Of a stretch of DNA of 64,000 nt, positions 49,109 to 57,815 are shown in pieces. Positions within the stretch are counted from its first letter, which is position 1. The number at the start of each line of letters is the position of its first letter. This stretch comes from Polyangiales bacterium (GTDB lineage: Bacteria; Myxococcota_A; Polyangia; Polyangiales; JAFGIB01). The position numbers and the translations under genes are program-made. Location: assembly GCA_035274465.1 (NCBI GenBank), contig DATEOF010000190.1, positions 47,967 through 111,966 on the forward strand. The letters are read 5' to 3'. The notes under the pieces are model-generated. The model was not told the DNA's origin. It saw only the letters and a list, made by a program, of their open reading frames with translations, and did not search any database.

Positions 49109-50121
49109 GCGCGACCCGGCACGTTCAGGTCGATCGCGTACAGCTCGCCATACGACGTGATGTACAGGGTGGTCTGGTTCGGCCCACCGAAGGCGACATT
49201 CGTAGCGAATTCGCCGGCGACGATCTCGCCGAGCAGTGCGCCGGTCGGATCGAACACCTTGACGGTGGTCGACGTGACGTAGAGGTTCCCGGCGCAGTCG
49301 ATCGTAAACCCGTCAGACTCGCCAGCTTCCTCGGTGAGCACCGTGCGTTCTCCGACGACGTCGCCTCGATCGTCGAGCTGATACTTGTACACGGCAGGCT
49401 CACGGCCGCCGACGTAGAGCGTTCGCTCGTCGGGCGACAGCGCGATGCCGTTCGGGCGATTGACGCGCCCGTCCACGAGGCTGACGCGGCCGCGCGGGCT
49501 GACCCGATAGACTCCGTAGAGGCGAGTCTCCGATATGCGTGGACCGATCGCGTAGTCTGGATCGGTGAAGTAAATGCTCCCATCCGAGCGCACTGCGAGA
49601 TCGTTCGGTGAGTTGAAGCGCTGGCCGCGATAGCGCAGGCGCAGGTCGTCGCGCTCGCCCGTGTTCGGATCGAAGAACGCGAGGCTCTGGGTATCTTGCG
49701 TGGCTGCGAGCACGCGCCCATCGTTGGCGAGTGCAAGGCCATTGGCGGCTGCTTCAGGTGCAAGCAACTCGACGGTGCTGGGCGGCGTGAAGCGCCAGAT
49801 CTTGGAATCGGGGCCGTCCGGGTTGGTCGACGTCTCGAAGTCGGTGTCCGTCATGTAGAGCGAGCCCTGCGCGGGGAGCCATACCGGACCCTCGAGAAAG
49901 AGATAGCCGCTCAGGACCCGCGTCGCAGTGGCGCTGGGCGTGGGAAGCGGCGACGGATAGGGCTCGGAGCGCGCCCGGCAGTTCAGAGAATTGGAGCGCG
50001 GAGTAGTGTTCGAAGGCTCGTCGATGTCCAACGCGGCCTCGAACGCCGCGCTGTCTCGACTGAGCTCGGAACATGCCATGCAACAAAACACGACCGCTGC
50101 GTACGGGAGTGGGCTTTGCAT
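49102..50121 (-). CDS. SMP-30/gluconolactonase/LRE-like six-bladed beta-propeller protein
   Basis: Repeated blades FNSPNDLAVRSDGSIYFTD, RPNGIALSPDERTLYV and DGFTIDCAGNLYVTS. Confidence 0.8.
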   Translation of the reverse strand: MQSPLPYAAVVFCCMACSELSRDSAAFEAALDIDEPSNTTPRSNSLNCRARSEPYPSPLPTPSATATRVLSGYLFLEGPVWLPAQGSLYMTDTDFETSTNPDGPDSKIWRFTPPSTVELLAPEAAANGLALANDGRVLAATQDTQSLAFFDPNTGERDDLRLRYRGQRFNSPNDLAVRSDGSIYFTDPDYAIGPRISETRLYGVYRVSPRGRVSLVDGRVNRPNGIALSPDERTLYVGGREPAVYKYQLDDRGDVVGERTVLTEEAGESDGFTIDCAGNLYVTSTTVKVFDPTGALLGEIVAGEFATNVAFGGPNQTTLYITSYGELYAIDLNVPGRAY

Positions 50122-50326
50122 CGCGGCATCCTGAAAGCCTCACGCGCGGGTGCCAAGTGGCGGGTCTCACCAAACGCGCGGATCGTGGGCGAGCTGCCTG
50201 TGTAGGCGACGGCCGCACCAAAGAATCGCGGAAGTCGTCACCGCGCGATCGTTAGATCGCTCACGACGAAGGGTCGCCGCGTCGCGGAGAGAAACCTGGC
50301 CGCCGCCGGCCGAGACGCCGCAGACG

Positions 50327-52069
50327 CTAGCGTCTGACGATCGACGGCAGCAGGAAGAACATCTCGTTCTCGGTGGTCACTCCGCCGGTGATCGGGCACG
50401 CATCGCACCAACCGTTGCCGGCACCTGGCGAGGTGTCACACGACGCGCCGTCGCCGGCGCCCTGGCAGGGACTGCCGACCTTGCCTCCGACGCAGCCTAC
50501 CGGCTCGCACGTCGTGCGGTCGGGCATGGTCGAGAGCCGGGTCACGAGGTCGAGATCGGGGCTGCCGTCTTCCATCACGCCGTTGTTGAACTCGGCGCAA
50601 TACGTCAGCGTGCGCGACTTCTCATCGGTGGAGTCGAACAGCATCGGCGGATCGAACACCTTCACGATCGGATCGGAGTAGCGAGCGTTCGTGTAGATGC
50701 GCGTGCCGTCCGCGAGATCGACCGTGAAATTACGACCGCGCTTGTGGGTGTGTGAGGTCAGCGTGTACAGCTGCGAGCCCTGCGGCGCGACCCAGGTGCG
50801 GCAATACATCTGCTTCGTGAAGGGCGCCTGTCCGTGCGCGACCATGCTGGTGCCGACCGTGACGTCCTCGAGCTCGTGGTCGCGTTCGTGCGCGTAGAAC
50901 AGGTTGAGCCAGGCGTGCAGCTGAGTCGCTTCACCCGTCAGGTTGAAGGCGTGAGAGTTCATGTACACGATGCCTTTGATGGGCATGGTCTCGTAGATGC
51001 CCTCGCGCGGCGCTTGGTAGAACTGCGCCGTCTGCGCGCCCCCGATGTTGTTCGAGCCGAGGATCGACGCGCTTCCCGCCGGTCCGAACCCGATGCAAGC
51101 CGTGGTGGGCTTCGGCTCGCTCGCACACATGCCCGACCCGCACGCGCTACGCTCGAGCGGGTCGCACGAGGTGCCTTCGCGGTCGCCGCCGTGGCACGCC
51201 CACTTCCCGAAGCTAGGATCGTGCACGGCCTCGGCGCCGAGACCCGCGTGCGCGATCACGAGGTGATGGCTGTGCGGGTCCTGTCGCAGACGCTGGCCGT
51301 TGACGAAGAACACCCCGCGCTCGCGATCTTGAAACTCCGCGGGTACGACGTCGGAGAAGTCGTAGTATTGCGCGAAACACACCTCGAGCTCCGTCTGACC
51401 GGGCACCGTGAAGGGTGCCATCGCCAGTTGCACGCCCTCTGCGGCCGCGGGCGCTTCGAGCGCGCCGATCGAGACCGGCGTCGCCTCGGGCAAGCACGAG
51501 CCGAGCAACTTGGCGATCGAGTCGGAGCGACCCGTGACGCTGTCGCCGATCGAGCCCGTACGCGGCGCGCCGGCTTCGATCCACTTGCGCACGGCTTCCA
51601 GGTGCTCGCGCTTCAGCGGCGCAGCGCCGCTCGGCATGGGGCTGCCCTCGACATCCACGCTGCCCGGCTCGGTGGCCGCACGCAGCTTGTTGTAGAGGAA
51701 GCTCTCGTCGGGCTCGCCCGGCATCACGCGAAACAGCGAGCTACTCGTGGCCTTGACCTCGATTAGACTCTCGTAGGCGGCTTCTGCCCGCAGGTCGAGG
51801 CCGCCCATGGCTGCAGCGCCATGACACATGCGATTCGTGCAGTTGTTCTTCTCGAAGATCACCTGCTGGATCGCGGCAAACGTCGAGTCGAACTCACCCG
51901 AGCCGCATGCGGCTGAGACATCGTCTGAACGCTTCTCGTCGACGACGGGCCCACCACGCTTGCGCTCGGTCGACTCATCACGAGACGCATCGACTCCGTC
52001 ATCACTACAGCCGCCGCACACTGCCAGCAGGATTGCCACGCTCAGCCCGTGCCGATGCCCGTGAGTCAT
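50327..52069 (-). CDS. Lipoprotein: c-type haem motif (CTNRMCH) fused to PHM/DBH-like copper monooxygenase-type domain (paralog of 9782-11284)
   Basis: Signal MTHGHRHGLSVAILLAVCGGC. CxxCH at NNCTNRMCHG. His clusters HSHHLVIAHAG and TSHTHKRG. Confidence 0.65.
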   Translation of the reverse strand: MTHGHRHGLSVAILLAVCGGCSDDGVDASRDESTERKRGGPVVDEKRSDDVSAACGSGEFDSTFAAIQQVIFEKNNCTNRMCHGAAAMGGLDLRAEAAYESLIEVKATSSSLFRVMPGEPDESFLYNKLRAATEPGSVDVEGSPMPSGAAPLKREHLEAVRKWIEAGAPRTGSIGDSVTGRSDSIAKLLGSCLPEATPVSIGALEAPAAAEGVQLAMAPFTVPGQTELEVCFAQYYDFSDVVPAEFQDRERGVFFVNGQRLRQDPHSHHLVIAHAGLGAEAVHDPSFGKWACHGGDREGTSCDPLERSACGSGMCASEPKPTTACIGFGPAGSASILGSNNIGGAQTAQFYQAPREGIYETMPIKGIVYMNSHAFNLTGEATQLHAWLNLFYAHERDHELEDVTVGTSMVAHGQAPFTKQMYCRTWVAPQGSQLYTLTSHTHKRGRNFTVDLADGTRIYTNARYSDPIVKVFDPPMLFDSTDEKSRTLTYCAEFNNGVMEDGSPDLDLVTRLSTMPDRTTCEPVGCVGGKVGSPCQGAGDGASCDTSPGAGNGWCDACPITGGVTTENEMFFLLPSIVRR

Positions 52070-52192
52070 GTTCGAATCTCCTCGCGACCGGTCGAGTACC
52101 ATCGCTCGATCACGAGTGCAACTGCGCAGTTGCCATTACGGCCGACTGCAGCGAGTTCGCGCCTGCCCGGTGTGATCACGTATGCTAGCTCG

Positions 52193-52597
52193 ATGGACTA
52201 CTTGCGATCGTGCACGCTGGCAGTGTTGCTCGCTCTGGCTGCCAGCTGTGGAGACGACGCACCCGACTCGAAACCGGACGCGAGCGACGCGAAACCCGAT
52301 GCGAGCGACGCGAAGCCCGATGCGAGCGACGCGAAGCCCGATGCCAGCCATGCGAGGCCGGATGCATCCGATACGACACCAGATGCATCTCACGACGCGT
52401 CCGATGCAAAGAACTGCCCCGAGTCCGGCGAGCCCGCCGTCGCAGGCTGCCCCTGCAAGAAACCACGCGGGTTTTACTGCTGCGGCGTCGGCTACGGAAT
52501 GAGTTGCGGCAAGGACATGATCTGGAACCCGTTCGACGACTCCCCCTGTACCCCGGAAGACGAGGACGCGGGGCCCATGATCGAGTGTCGGCGCTGA
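52193..52597 (+). CDS. Lipoprotein with tandem heptad repeats (DAKPDAS x5) and a Cys-rich C-terminus
   Basis: Signal MDYLRSCTLAVLLALAASC. It is encoded by near-perfect 21-nt tandem repeats (gacgcgaagcccgatgcgagc) at about 52262-52345. Confidence 0.55.
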   Translation: MDYLRSCTLAVLLALAASCGDDAPDSKPDASDAKPDASDAKPDASDAKPDASHARPDASDTTPDASHDASDAKNCPESGEPAVAGCPCKKPRGFYCCGVGYGMSCGKDMIWNPFDDSPCTPEDEDAGPMIECRR

Positions 52598-52635
52598 GTC
52601 GCCGTCAGGCACAGCCCGACCTCGCGTCACAAATT

Positions 52636-52652
52636 TAGTTGCATAGCTAATC
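52636..52652. promoter_or_regulatory. Candidate MarR operator, copy 1 (tAGTTGCATAGCTAAtc)
   Basis: A 14-nt core AGTTGCATAGCTAA lies 21 nt upstream of the marR ATG. It is repeated identically upstream of the tautomerase gene. The core contains the palindromes TGCA and TAGCTA. Confidence 0.5.
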
Positions 52653-52672
52653 TTTTGCGCTAGGCTCTGGAT

Positions 52673-53089
52673 ATGTTCGACCAGTGCCTCTACTTCAACA
52701 CGTCCGCGCTCGCGCGGCTCCTGGAGCGGCTCTGGAGCGATGCGTTCCGCAGCTTCGAGTTGACGCCACCGCAAGGTTTCCTGCTGCGCGCGGTGCTGGA
52801 CAGCCCCGGACTCTCGCAGCGAGAGCTCGCCGAGCTGATGCGTATCGCGCGGCCGACCGCGACCCGTGCGCTCGATGGCCTCGAAGCCAAACGGTTGATC
52901 GAGCGGCGCATGTCACCGGCCGACGCACGCGAACAGCTCGTGTTCCCTACCCGCAGCGCAGAGACCATCAAGACGGCGCTCAACGCTGCGAGCGCCAACC
53001 TGACGAAGCAGCTGAAGCAGCAGCTCGGCAAGGACACCTTCGAGCGTACGGTGGAGCGTATCCGCAACCTGCGCAGCGCTCTCGAGTGA
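52673..53089 (+). CDS. MarR family transcriptional regulator
   Basis: Winged HTH LTPPQGFLLRAVLDSPGLSQRELAELMRIARPTATRALDGLEAKRLIER. Confidence 0.85.
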   Translation: MFDQCLYFNTSALARLLERLWSDAFRSFELTPPQGFLLRAVLDSPGLSQRELAELMRIARPTATRALDGLEAKRLIERRMSPADAREQLVFPTRSAETIKTALNAASANLTKQLKQQLGKDTFERTVERIRNLRSALE

Positions 53090-53125
53090 GCAGCGACGAG
53101 CACGCTTGATCCTTGTTCTCCTCAA

Positions 53126-53142
53126 TAGTTGCATAGCTAACC
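53126..53142. promoter_or_regulatory. Candidate MarR operator, copy 2 (tAGTTGCATAGCTAAcc)
   Basis: The core is identical to copy 1 and lies 25 nt upstream of the tautomerase ATG. Confidence 0.5.
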
Positions 53143-53166
53143 ATTTACGATCCAAAGGAACCCGCC

Positions 53167-53610
53167 ATGCCCATCATCAACGTCAAACTGAGCGAGACCC
53201 CCACCCCCGAGCTCATCGAACGGGTCTCAGAGACGGTCCTCCAGCTCACGACGCGCATTCTTCGCAAGCGGCGCGACGTCACGTCGATCGCGCTCGACTT
53301 CGTCCCGCGCGAACACTGGATCGTCGCCGGCGTGCCACTTGCGGCGCAGGGCAAGAGCAGCTTCTATCTCGACATCAAGGTCGTCTCGGGAACCAACACG
53401 AAGGACGAGAAGGCGGCCTACGTGGAAGCCGTGTTCGATGCGTTCGCTGAGCTCCTCGGCGATCTGCATCCGGAGAGCTACGTCTACGTGCACGACGTCG
53501 CGGCCGAAGCCTACGGCTACGGAGGGCTCACGCAGGAGTATCGATACATCCAGGGCCGCAAGCCACCGCAGCCGCTGCCCGACCCGAGTCACGGCGTGGC
53601 TGCAGGCTGA
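53167..53610 (+). CDS. Tautomerase family protein (4-OT-like, Pro1)
   Basis: Begins MPIINVKLSE, with Pro immediately after the Met. About 147 aa, the long-type tautomerase fold. Confidence 0.65.
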   Translation: MPIINVKLSETPTPELIERVSETVLQLTTRILRKRRDVTSIALDFVPREHWIVAGVPLAAQGKSSFYLDIKVVSGTNTKDEKAAYVEAVFDAFAELLGDLHPESYVYVHDVAAEAYGYGGLTQEYRYIQGRKPPQPLPDPSHGVAAG

Positions 53611-54860
53611 GCGGCCGCTCTGCGTGGAGGGCGGCTCCCTCCCTGCGCTGTCAGAAGGTGTTGGACGGCGAGTTGACCGATCTGGCGGCCCATCGCTTCG
53701 CCGATTTCGGTCGAGCTTCGGTAGTGCACGCCTCCCCACACCCGGGCGTTCGAGACCTCGGCGACGTAGTCCGCGATGCGCGTCCAACGGTGTGTGACGC
53801 CGGGAGCCGTGGGGCTGGTCATCGAGATCGGTGCGACCCGCCCTCTGCCGAAGTGGGCTTCGAGCACCGCGCCTACTGCGCTGGCAGTGATGCAATGGGC
53901 ACACGGGTATTCCGGGTGCATGGGGGTGTCGATCAAGGGCAGCCACGCGAGATCGCGGTCGGTGGCTGGGTTATTGTCGCTATCCCCGTTGCGGATGGCC
54001 GTGATCGGTCGCCAAAAACCGTAGAAATATTTGGCTTCGAAGGACGCGACGTAGGCGTCCATCGTCGCCATCCCGACCAGCGCAAACAGGCGTGCGTTGT
54101 CGAGTAGATCCAAACGAGCCGAAAGCGCGACCGAGCGCACCACCGGATTCCACGCGGCTGGGCCGGTCGTCATCCAGAAGCGAGCAGTCTCGGTCTGCTC
54201 CGCGGTCCGAGCAGTGCTCTGTCGTGCGCCGAGAGCTTTGATCTCGTTGTAGTCGCGCACCCATTCTGCACTGGTCAGCTCGACGGGAGAGCGCGGTCTC
54301 AATTCCTCTCCACGTTTCAGCATCCAAGGGCGCACTGCGCCCCACTGGAAGCTGACCGGAAGGGTAGTCGGGACATAGGTGCCCGGCGTGGTTCGAGGTT
54401 TGTAGGTGTTCGGGGCGGTGCTGCCGTCGTCCGCGCGTCGGGCGAGACAGGCGGCGGCTGCACTTTGCCCAATTGCGACGCCCGCGCTTTTGGCTTCGCC
54501 ATCCGGGATTCGCTTCAGAGCCTCGGCGTACGCCGCTTCGATCGCCTGCGCGCCGTTCTCGAACAAGTCCAGGAGCACAGTCCGGGCCGCGGACGCAGCC
54601 GCTGCTTCGGGCGACGCCACACGTGGAGCCGGGTCATGGAATGCGTACGCTGCGTCGCGCGCCTCGATCGCGTTGATCGCGTCGAACATGGCCACGTGCA
54701 GCATCGCCATGCTCCGAGAACCGTCCGGCGGCAGCTGCTGTCCAGACGTCACCTGTGTGAGCGCGATCTCATTCCAGTCCAAGACGGCGTCTGCGAAGCA
54801 GACCGCGGGCCTGCAGCACAGCAACGCCACGATCAGTGAGATGTAGCTGAATCGGTTCAT
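53589..54860 (-). CDS. Secreted vanadium-haloperoxidase-like / PAP2 superfamily protein
   Basis: Signal MNRFSYISLIVALLCCRPAVCFA. PAP2-like motifs (RPxxAIR; EYPCAHC; WGGVHYRSSTE). Confidence 0.6.
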   Translation of the reverse strand: MNRFSYISLIVALLCCRPAVCFADAVLDWNEIALTQVTSGQQLPPDGSRSMAMLHVAMFDAINAIEARDAAYAFHDPAPRVASPEAAAASAARTVLLDLFENGAQAIEAAYAEALKRIPDGEAKSAGVAIGQSAAAACLARRADDGSTAPNTYKPRTTPGTYVPTTLPVSFQWGAVRPWMLKRGEELRPRSPVELTSAEWVRDYNEIKALGARQSTARTAEQTETARFWMTTGPAAWNPVVRSVALSARLDLLDNARLFALVGMATMDAYVASFEAKYFYGFWRPITAIRNGDSDNNPATDRDLAWLPLIDTPMHPEYPCAHCITASAVGAVLEAHFGRGRVAPISMTSPTAPGVTHRWTRIADYVAEVSNARVWGGVHYRSSTEIGEAMGRQIGQLAVQHLLTAQGGSRPPRRAAAQPAATP

Positions 54861-54951
54861 ATTCCCCTCCCGCCACAAACCTCATTCATCGCGAGCACTC
54901 GCGCTAGTTCAAAAAAAGAACCTCGCAACACATCCCGACCTCCGCTATGTT

Positions 54952-55680
54952 TTGAGCATGGGGGTCGGTTTCGGACAGTTCTGTCCTGTCGCGATCGCGT
55001 GCGAGGTCTTCGCGCGTCGCTGGACACCACTGATCCTTCGCGAGCTGTTCTCAGGCGCAGAACACTTCAACGAGATCCAACGCGGCCTGCCACTGCTGTC
55101 GCGATCGCTCCTCGCGCGCAGACTGAAGGAGCTCGAAGCCGCAGGTGTGGTCGTGGTCGAAACGAAAGAGTCGGGTCGCGGTCGCCGCTATCGGCTCACG
55201 GACGCCGGCAAGGAATTTGGCCCGGTGATCGACGGCCTGGGGAATTGGGGCCAGCGTTGGACGCTGCGCGTCAATCCGGAGAACCTAGATCCGAGCTGGT
55301 TGATGTGGAACATGCGGCGCCGCATCGCGCGCGATCGATTGCCGGCAAGCCGCGTGGTCGTGCGGCTGAAGTTTACGGGCGTGCCGACGACGTACCGCGG
55401 ACCGCGGCTCTTCTGGCTGATACTGGAGCGCGAAGCTGTCGATCTCTGCATCGATGATCCAGGCATCGAGATCGATCTGAACGTCGGAGCCGATCTGACC
55501 GCCATGGCCAAGGTCTGGCTCGGGGACTCGGCCTTCGAAAGCGCTCTGCGCGCTGGACAGGTGCAACTCACCGGACCACCGCACCTGGCCGATGCATTCC
55601 CCTCCTGGCTCCTGTTGAGCCGCTTCGCCCGCGTCTCCCGACCGCTCATCGCGGACTCAGGCTCCACGCGACAGCGCTAG
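54952..55680 (+). CDS. HxlR-type winged-helix transcriptional regulator with extended C-terminal domain
   Basis: HxlR signature CPVAIACEVFARRWTPLILRELFSGAEHFNEI. Confidence 0.75.
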   Translation: MSMGVGFGQFCPVAIACEVFARRWTPLILRELFSGAEHFNEIQRGLPLLSRSLLARRLKELEAAGVVVVETKESGRGRRYRLTDAGKEFGPVIDGLGNWGQRWTLRVNPENLDPSWLMWNMRRRIARDRLPASRVVVRLKFTGVPTTYRGPRLFWLILEREAVDLCIDDPGIEIDLNVGADLTAMAKVWLGDSAFESALRAGQVQLTGPPHLADAFPSWLLLSRFARVSRPLIADSGSTRQR

Positions 55681-55743
55681 CTCGAGCCGCTGCAGCCCAC
55701 AGCTGCGGACAAATCCTCTGGCCCGGGACTTGCGTATCACGTT

Positions 55744-56682
55744 GTGATGGCCAACGACCTGGCACGCTCCGGCACACGACCCGCTGTTCTAGCCGTGCTG
55801 GCGCTCCTCACTGCCTGCTACGGCTCGCGCGACACCGATGCCGACGACGTCATGAACAGCTGGGTGGAGCTAGATGGTGCCGCGCGGACTGGAAGTGCTG
55901 GCAACCCTGGAATCGCTAGCCCCACCAAGCTTTCAGCCAGCGGCGGGGCAGGCTGTGCCGCGTTCCGGAAGCCCGGCGACGAGGGGACCTTCGACACGAG
56001 TGCATTCACCGGCATCGGCGGAGCGGGCGCGATGATCGCGGGCACGTGCAAGCGCTGCGGCTGGGATGCTCGTGAGGACGCTTGCCAGGAGCTGGTGTAC
56101 GGCGTGCCCCGCGTCGAGGACGCCAACTACCAACCTTGCTTCGACCTGAGCTACCAGTACGCGCGCTGCCTGGAGGAAGAGAGCTGTGTTTGCGGCGGTT
56201 CGATCCCCGACAAGTGCGCGGTCGCGAAGACTCGCGTCGATGCCTGTTTGAAGACCGGCATGAGTAGTCCACCGCGCGACGCCGACAGCGGCGTGCCGTC
56301 GGATTGGGTGACCGTCGCGACGAAGTGCGGTTTCAAGTTCAAGGCGCCCCCGAACTACCGCGAGCAGCCCCTGCAGGGCACCGACTCGTGCGTGCTGCAA
56401 TTCACCGCCAATGACTGCGATTACTTCGCCGACTACGGCGCATTCTCGGGTGCACTCGAGTCGGACCGACCCTGCGGGAGGGGTCCGGTAACCATCGACG
56501 GGTTCGAGGCCGAGGTGATGGTTTGCCCGAACACGCCGAGGGCCGGACACTTCAAGACCGGCGTCCACTTCCCTTTCACCCGAAAGAGCATGACTCGACT
56601 CACGATGACGGGGACTTGCCCTTCCGGAACCGCCTCGATGGAATCGCAGCTGCTGTACTACTCGATCCGCTTCAGCGAGTAG
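55744..56682 (+). CDS. Cys-rich hypothetical lipoprotein
   Basis: Signal MMANDLARSGTRPAVLAVLALLTAC. 312 aa. Confidence 0.5.
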   Translation: MMANDLARSGTRPAVLAVLALLTACYGSRDTDADDVMNSWVELDGAARTGSAGNPGIASPTKLSASGGAGCAAFRKPGDEGTFDTSAFTGIGGAGAMIAGTCKRCGWDAREDACQELVYGVPRVEDANYQPCFDLSYQYARCLEEESCVCGGSIPDKCAVAKTRVDACLKTGMSSPPRDADSGVPSDWVTVATKCGFKFKAPPNYREQPLQGTDSCVLQFTANDCDYFADYGAFSGALESDRPCGRGPVTIDGFEAEVMVCPNTPRAGHFKTGVHFPFTRKSMTRLTMTGTCPSGTASMESQLLYYSIRFSE

Positions 56683-57674
56683 GAGCTTCTCGCGCGGCGC
56701 CGGCGCAAGCCGAACGCCAATCCAATCACGAACAGGCCGCCGAGCAGGCCATTCCCGCGCAGCGGAGCGCTCGCGGTGCTGCAACCACCCGAGCTCTGCA
56801 CTGGAGTAGGCGCGGCTGCCGGCGCCATCGTTTGTGCACTGGCGGTGGTTCCGGTCCCGGCGCCGCCGGTCGTCGACGCAGGTTTACCTGCGCTTGCAGT
56901 CGTAGTCGTGGTCGGGCTCGACCCAGCCGCCGTGCTCTTCGAACCAGCAGCGGCACCTGCCCCGCCAGTCATCGCACTCGCTCCGGCGCCGCCAGCGGCT
57001 GCCATGCTTCCAGCGCCGCCGGTCATCATCACCGTGCTCCCGCCCGCACCAGCCGCCGTGGACGCGCCGCCCGCACCGCTGCCGCCGCCAGCGGCAGGAG
57101 TACCGGCTGCCCCGCCGCTTCCAGCTGCAGCGCCGCCAGCGGGCATGATCTTGATGTTGGCGCAGTGGTAGTAAAAACATGACGGCGGATGCGGCGTCAT
57201 GAACTGGATCAGCTGGAGCGTGCACTTGTCGCAGGTGAAACCCGCGGGCAGCTTGACCTTCTGGCTGAACATGCGCTTGCCGTCATCGCTCGTGGTTGGA
57301 AACAACCCGTCCGCGAGCACAGGCATTACCGGCGGATTCTGGATCTCCGCACTTTGACAGCTCCCATTCACCTTCGGGTCCTTGAACTCCGAGGGATCCT
57401 TGGCCAGCGAGATCCGGAAGTGACCGTTGTGCGGCACAGTCTCGGTCCACTCGACGGTGATCTCCTCACCTTCCATGAACGTCGTCACCATGTTGGTCGG
57501 GGTGCCCTGTCCTTCGGTCGAGCCCGGTCCACACGGGGGATCTTTCTGCGGACCCCCTGAAGAGTTCTCTTGAACTGCCGACGCCGGCTTGAGCAGCTTG
57601 ATGTGCGCGTGAGCGTGGCCCCCGTACGCGAGCAGTCCGGCTGCGACCGCAACACCAGCGATACGCACGATCAT
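56658..57674 (-). CDS. Secreted LPMO-like (polysaccharide monooxygenase-like) protein with G/A/S/T-rich linker and MYXO-CTERM-type sorting tail
   Basis: Signal MIVRIAGVAVAAGLLAYGGHAHA followed by His (a candidate histidine-brace N-terminus). The C-terminus reads SSGGCSTASAPLRGNGLLGGLFVIGLAFGLRRRRA, that is a Cys, then a hydrophobic helix, then an Arg cluster, which defines MYXO-CTERM. Confidence 0.55.
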   Translation of the reverse strand: MIVRIAGVAVAAGLLAYGGHAHAHIKLLKPASAVQENSSGGPQKDPPCGPGSTEGQGTPTNMVTTFMEGEEITVEWTETVPHNGHFRISLAKDPSEFKDPKVNGSCQSAEIQNPPVMPVLADGLFPTTSDDGKRMFSQKVKLPAGFTCDKCTLQLIQFMTPHPPSCFYYHCANIKIMPAGGAAAGSGGAAGTPAAGGGSGAGGASTAAGAGGSTVMMTGGAGSMAAAGGAGASAMTGGAGAAAGSKSTAAGSSPTTTTTASAGKPASTTGGAGTGTTASAQTMAPAAAPTPVQSSGGCSTASAPLRGNGLLGGLFVIGLAFGLRRRRARSSYSLKRIE

Positions 57675-57815
57675 GACAGCGCCTCCGTCGTATTTCACAG
57701 TACCTGATTCGGGAATGCCGCTCAGAGTTCGTCCCAGTTCTTGGACAACGATCTGGCGGACTGTTCCTTCCAACTAACTCGAATCAAACACACAATCAAA
57801 TGGCGGTTTGCGCCA

